DNA of 34,585 nucleotides from a virus: IMG/VR virus record IMGVR_UViG_3300045988_064981, positions 1 to 34,585 of that record; one strand, 5' to 3'. Shown piece by piece: positions 31,824 to 34,585 of this stretch (position 1 is its first letter; each line of letters starts with the position of its first letter). The notes under the pieces were generated by a model. It saw only the letters and a program-made list of their open reading frames with translations, ran no database searches and was not told where the DNA came from. The position numbers and the translations under genes were made by a program.

Positions 31824-32134
31824 TGGACATATTGACGTCGATCTATGGTCAGGTGGATGAGGAGATCCAGGACGCGAGGGACTATGCGGCGGACGCGATG
31901 CGCTGCAAATCGTCGCACCCGGAGCTTGCCCAGATCTACATCAAGCTGTCCGGCGAGGAGATTCAGCATGCGCAGATCTTGCAGGGAGCGGCAGCGCATC
32001 AGGTCGCGACGCAGGATCAAGCGCACCCGCTGTCCAACGACGGCAAGACGCTTACGGACTGGATCAAATCGTGTCAGGACGAGCGCATCCGCGATGTAAA
32101 GCGTATGCATGAGGCATACCAGGCTGCGAAGTAG
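31820..32134 (+). CDS. Small helical protein, ferritin-like/CotF-like pattern
   Basis: ATGA coupling. DEEIQDARDYAADAM...PELAQIYIKLSGEEIQHAQIL has a four-helix-bundle-like E-x2-H motif. Confidence 0.45.
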   Translation: MMDILTSIYGQVDEEIQDARDYAADAMRCKSSHPELAQIYIKLSGEEIQHAQILQGAAAHQVATQDQAHPLSNDGKTLTDWIKSCQDERIRDVKRMHEAYQAAK

Positions 32135-32141
32135 GTATGCA

Positions 32142-32169
32142 GTCAACCATATGTCAATATTTGCAAAAA
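32142..32169. repeat. 28-bp direct repeat, copy A (ghost of the integrase 3' end), attP-region candidate
   Basis: gtcaaccatatgtcaatatttgcaaaaa has 26/28 identity to 32318..32345. Read on the - strand it gives VDFLQILTYG-stop. Confidence 0.85.
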
Positions 32170-32194
32170 GTCGACCAGAGTTCGAAAATAAAAA

Positions 32195-32220
32195 AGCCCC
32201 AGATAATGGGGCTTTTTGTT
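32195..32220 (+). terminator. Terminator after the cargo cluster
   Basis: agcccca-gataa-tggggct followed by ttttgttt. An A-run lies upstream. Confidence 0.7.
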
Positions 32221-32269
32221 TCTGATATTTAGCAATTTGACAAATGGGATTTGCCTGTTTTTTGCCCAG

Positions 32270-32297
32270 AAAAAGCCGAAGATTCTCGGCTTTTTTG
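32270..32297. terminator. Bidirectional terminator (serves the integrase on the - strand)
   Basis: aaaa-agccga-agattc-tcggct-ttttt. T-runs are present on both strands. It lies 22 nt beyond the integrase stop. Confidence 0.7.
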
Positions 32298-32317
32298 GGA
32301 GCTGCGGTTGACGAACT

Positions 32318-32345
32318 GTCAACCATATGTCAACTTTTGCAAAAA
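32318..32345. repeat. 28-bp direct repeat, copy B (overlaps the integrase stop codon and last 8 codons)
   Basis: gtcaaccatatgtcaacttttgcaaaaa encodes ...FLQKLTYG-stop on the - strand. Confidence 0.85.
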
Positions 32346-33446
32346 ATCAAAGGTGTGGTCAATCTGCTTGACTCCGAGCCGCCGCTCCTCCTCCTGCAAA
32401 TGAGTGTATATTTTTAGAGTAACCTGTATATCTTTATGACCGAGCCACTCTTTCATGTGCATCAGATCGGCGCCGGCGGAAAAAACCAGCGACGCAAAAT
32501 TATGTCGAAAATAGTGCGCGGTCAATACGGACGTGCCATCCTCACGCAGCTCGATCTCAAGGCCGCGCTCCTTGGCGTACGCGGCGACCTCGCGTCTGAA
32601 CACGATCCACATCCTCCGCATCTCGCTCTCGGTCATGGGCAGGATGCGCCCGATGCCACGGTTGGCGCGCAACATCTCCATCAGCGGCGGCGCGATGGGA
32701 ATGTATCGGATTGCCGCATCGGTCTTGCCGTGGTCCTCAATTGTGCGCTTAAAATTACGATCCACCGTCACGGCTTGATGGATGGAGGCTATTCCGCGTG
32801 CCCAATCAATATCGTCCCACGTCAGCGCCATGCCTTCGGCATTGCGGAGGCCGAGATAGTAATATATGGCGTAGCCCAGCCGATACGGGGACACCTCCAT
32901 CAGATGGAGGACACACTCCTTTTCCGCTGGCGTAAATGCCCGGCGCGGGTGCTCCGGCTTGCTGGCTCCCTTGGGCGGCTTGATATTGGCGGCGGGATTG
33001 CGCACGAGCAGCCCGTCCTCATCGGCCATTGCAAAGATCATGTTGAGCACTGCCTTGCACATTGCCTTGCTGGATGCGCTGCTGAGCGTACCGATCACCT
33101 CATCTAGCTCCGACTTAACGATTGTGCGGATAAAACGGCTGCCGAACGGCTTGAGCAGATGAGTGTTGAGCATAGCACGGTAATTTTTTGCGGTGGAGGG
33201 CTTGACCTCCTCAAAGTGGATTTTGTACCAGCGTTGAGCGTAGGCGCCGAAGGTGATGGATCCGGCGTCCACGCCGTTGCCGCTGGCGTAGCGGGCAATG
33301 AGATCCTGCTTTGCTGCCTCCATCTCTGCCTTGGTCTTTCCGACTGCCCACTTGTAGACCGGCGTGCCGTCGGCGGCAATACCGACGCGCACCTTGCCCT
33401 TGTACCGTTTATCTACTCTTTCAGACCTTTTCTTTTTTTGCGCCAT
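32319..33446 (-). CDS. int: Tyrosine recombinase / phage integrase
   Basis: ATG at 33446 after GGAGGTG. SAM-like N-terminal domain. The C-terminus has ...LRNAEGMALTWDDID... and HYFRHNFASLVFSAGADLMHMKEWLGHKDIQVTLKIYTH (R..HxxR..Y pattern). Confidence 0.9.
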   Translation of the reverse strand: MAQKKKRSERVDKRYKGKVRVGIAADGTPVYKWAVGKTKAEMEAAKQDLIARYASGNGVDAGSITFGAYAQRWYKIHFEEVKPSTAKNYRAMLNTHLLKPFGSRFIRTIVKSELDEVIGTLSSASSKAMCKAVLNMIFAMADEDGLLVRNPAANIKPPKGASKPEHPRRAFTPAEKECVLHLMEVSPYRLGYAIYYYLGLRNAEGMALTWDDIDWARGIASIHQAVTVDRNFKRTIEDHGKTDAAIRYIPIAPPLMEMLRANRGIGRILPMTESEMRRMWIVFRREVAAYAKERGLEIELREDGTSVLTAHYFRHNFASLVFSAGADLMHMKEWLGHKDIQVTLKIYTHLQEEERRLGVKQIDHTFDFLQKLTYG

Positions 33447-33496
33447 GTTATAGCACCTCCGTCTGAGTTGTTGCGCATTTTGCAACAACTGATGGT

Positions 33497-33525
33497 TTGC
33501 GATTGCTGAGGGTTCATGCTATAAT
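33497..33525 (+). promoter_or_regulatory. Strong promoter, extended -10 (TTGCGA-17-TGcTATAAT), diverging from int
   Basis: TTGCGA at 33497..33502, TG at 33517..33518, TATAAT at 33520..33525. Confidence 0.6.
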
Positions 33526-33531
33526 GACATA

Positions 33532-33606
33532 GCAAGACCGTCTTGATCGGTGGTTTTCTGCACGCTCCATCCGTGTTCCCGCGCGGATGGAGCATTTTGT
33601 CGTTTT
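33532..33606 (+). ncRNA. Candidate ~75-nt small RNA (or terminated leader) defined by promoter plus intrinsic terminator
   Basis: The predicted TSS is ~33532. Terminator gctccatccg-N10-cggatggagc (33564..33593) is followed by attttgtcgtttt. No ATG-initiated ORF lies inside. Confidence 0.4.
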
Positions 33607-33769
33607 AAGGGACTTTTTACACGCGGAGTGCAAATAATTTGATTAGATGCACTGACGGTATAAATTTTCAATAAAGATTTTGATTAACGGACGTTATTTG
33701 CTTGCAAATCCCGGCTGAGAGTGCTACGGTGGGTATAGAGGATTAAAAGCAAATATAGGAGGCATCGTC

Positions 33770-33946
33770 ATGAAGGACACCAATCTGCTCATCGCCCGCA
33801 TCGTTACCGTGCTCAAGCATCTCACTCCCGGCGCGTTGCGCCGCGTGCTCGCTGCTGCCGAACGCGAGTGCGCCAAAATCCAGCGCCGCGAGCGCGGGGA
33901 GGGCGAGTATACTGCAAGCAGCACGACACGGGAGGACAAAACATGA
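33770..33946 (+). CDS. Hypothetical small protein (58 aa)
   Basis: Not in the track (<60 aa). SD TAGGAGG, 7 nt before the ATG at 33770. Translation: MKDTNLLIARIVTVLKHLTPGALRRVLAAAERECAKIQRRERGEGEYTASSTTREDKT. Confidence 0.45.
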   Translation: MKDTNLLIARIVTVLKHLTPGALRRVLAAAERECAKIQRRERGEGEYTASSTTREDKT

Positions 33947-34176
33947 GATACATTGATTTAGTCGAATATCCGACTGTCGGGGAGATTGTATTCCCCGACG
34001 AGCCGGAAACAATCTACATCAACCGATTTGCTCTGCCGATGTGCCGTCACGATCGGCTTGCTGTCGCTGAGTCTGCAAAAATTCTGCGTGCTGCTGCATA
34101 TCCTGCGCAATCGCCGCTCGATCTGCTGTCGCATCGCAGATCGTCAATATTGCATCTTGTACCCTCTCAGGGATGA
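33943..34176 (+). CDS. Possible small ORF (77 aa), weakly supported
   Basis: ATGA coupling to the previous ORF, SD GGGAGGA. Its 3' 158 nt overlap the better-supported - strand repressor gene. Confidence 0.25.
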   Translation: MRYIDLVEYPTVGEIVFPDEPETIYINRFALPMCRHDRLAVAESAKILRAAAYPAQSPLDLLSHRRSSILHLVPSQG

Positions 34177-34408
34177 AATGTATGAGGTTGACGATCTGCT
34201 GCTCTTTCACCGTAAGCTCTCGCTCTATATGGGCGGGAGCTTCTTTTTTTGGTGATTGATTGCTGTCCAGAGCTTGCAGACCAAGCTCGACAAGCGCAAT
34301 CACAGCACTGTTTTGCGATTTGTATTTCTCGTTATACCGATACTCTTCGACTTTATCGTACATTTCCTCTGGGATTGCGATCGAAAACCGAGGATGTTTT
34401 GTGGGCAT
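34019..34408 (-). CDS. RHH-type repressor (CI-like position, same orientation as int)
   Basis: ATG at 34408 after AAGGAGGTG. PRFSIAIPEEMYDKVEEYRYNEKYKSQNSAVIALVELGLQAL fits strand-helix-helix, plus a ~80-aa C-terminal domain. It is divergent from the early promoter. Confidence 0.75.
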   Translation of the reverse strand: MPTKHPRFSIAIPEEMYDKVEEYRYNEKYKSQNSAVIALVELGLQALDSNQSPKKEAPAHIERELTVKEQQIVNLIHFIPERVQDAILTICDATADRAAIAQDMQQHAEFLQTQRQQADRDGTSAEQIG

Positions 34409-34429
34409 GATATCACCTCCTTGTCTTTT

Positions 34430-34458
34430 ATTATACATCAATGCACCACTTTTATCAA
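34430..34458 (-). promoter_or_regulatory. Leftward promoter for the repressor gene (PRM-like)
   Basis: On the - strand: TTGATA (34458..34453), 17 nt, TATAAT (34435..34430). A GTACACC half-site (34465..34471) lies just upstream of the -35. Confidence 0.65.
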
Positions 34459-34466
34459 TAGAAAGT

Positions 34467-34585
34467 ACACCACTGACGCACTTTTAACATAAAAAAGTAC
34501 ACCAAAGATTCGTAAAAATGCTTGACAAGTACACCGATGGTGTACTATAATTTAGATACAAGGTACACCAATGGTGTACTGCGAA
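34467..34585. repeat. Exact 119-bp terminal direct repeat, copy 2
   Basis: Base-for-base identical to 1..119. It duplicates the early promoter and operators (coordinates = x + 34466). Confidence 0.95.

Larger units (their letters stand above)
1..34585. mobile_element. Complete temperate phage genome (HK97-lineage head, siphovirus-type tail, tyrosine integrase), circularly closed
   Basis: Lysogeny, replication, packaging, head, tail, lysis and integration genes are present in canonical order. The first 119 bp are repeated exactly at the end. Confidence 0.9.

Noticed and set aside
33724-34012. Two - strand ORFs (71 and 89 aa) between int and the repressor gene
   Set aside because: They have no SD and Ser/Arg/Ala-rich, implausible sequences. 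The + strand 58-aa ORF at 33770 has a proper SD and is the better, though still modest, candidate.
1-34585. Search for tRNA, rRNA, transposase/IS elements, reverse transcriptase (DGR or retron) and methyltransferase genes
   Set aside because: I saw no cloverleaf-like tRNA sequence and no RT (YxDD), DDE or methyltransferase (DPPY / FxGxG) motifs in any convincing ORF. Absence is by eye only and should be confirmed with tRNAscan-SE, Infernal and HMM searches.

Overview
The window is one complete temperate phage genome with an HK97-lineage head and a siphovirus-type tail, from a GC-rich Firmicute-like host. Bases 1..119 recur exactly at 34467..34585, so the unique sequence is 34,466 bp and the record closes into a circle. 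Almost all genes are on the + strand, with AGGAGG-type Shine-Dalgarno sites and overlapping ATGA/GTGA junctions. Gene order: (1) a divergent lysogeny switch spanning the circular junction, with two ribbon-helix-helix (RHH) proteins and GTACACC-N3-GGTGTAC operators; (2) an early/replication module with a DUF739-like HTH, a DnaD-type replisome organiser, RusA and an ArpU/RinA-like late activator; (3) HNH endonuclease, P27-type small terminase and Terminase_1-type large terminase; (4) HK97-type portal, prohead protease, major capsid and connectors; (5) major tail protein, G/G-T chaperone with a -1 frameshift, tape measure, Dit, Gp37-like protein, fibre, and an AT-rich beta-propeller protein; (6) a three-domain endolysin plus holin-like proteins; (7) an accessory region at about 26.4-32.2 kb; (8) a tyrosine integrase. 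I saw no rRNA, tRNA, CRISPR array or transposase. The most noteworthy observations are these. (i) Two tandem, terminator-insulated operons are each headed by a near-identical ~96-bp promoter / palindromic-operator / leader cassette. Each encodes a very acidic protein followed by a multi-zinc-ribbon protein and an RHH module, an architecture like acr-aca anti-defence loci. (ii) The portal carries a ~168-aa C-terminal extension ending in a low-GC, toxin-like small domain. It is followed by a very acidic small ORF and an intrinsic terminator inside the head operon, which looks like a toxin/immunity moron. (iii) A five-gene cargo cluster of unknown function lies next to the integrase and includes a BclA-C-terminal-like protein and a perfect 48-bp in-frame tandem duplication. 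(iv) A promoter-plus-terminator unit suggests a ~75-nt small RNA. (v) Several repeat and inverted-repeat elements appear to mark module boundaries. All domain calls are motif recognition by eye, not HMM or BLAST results.
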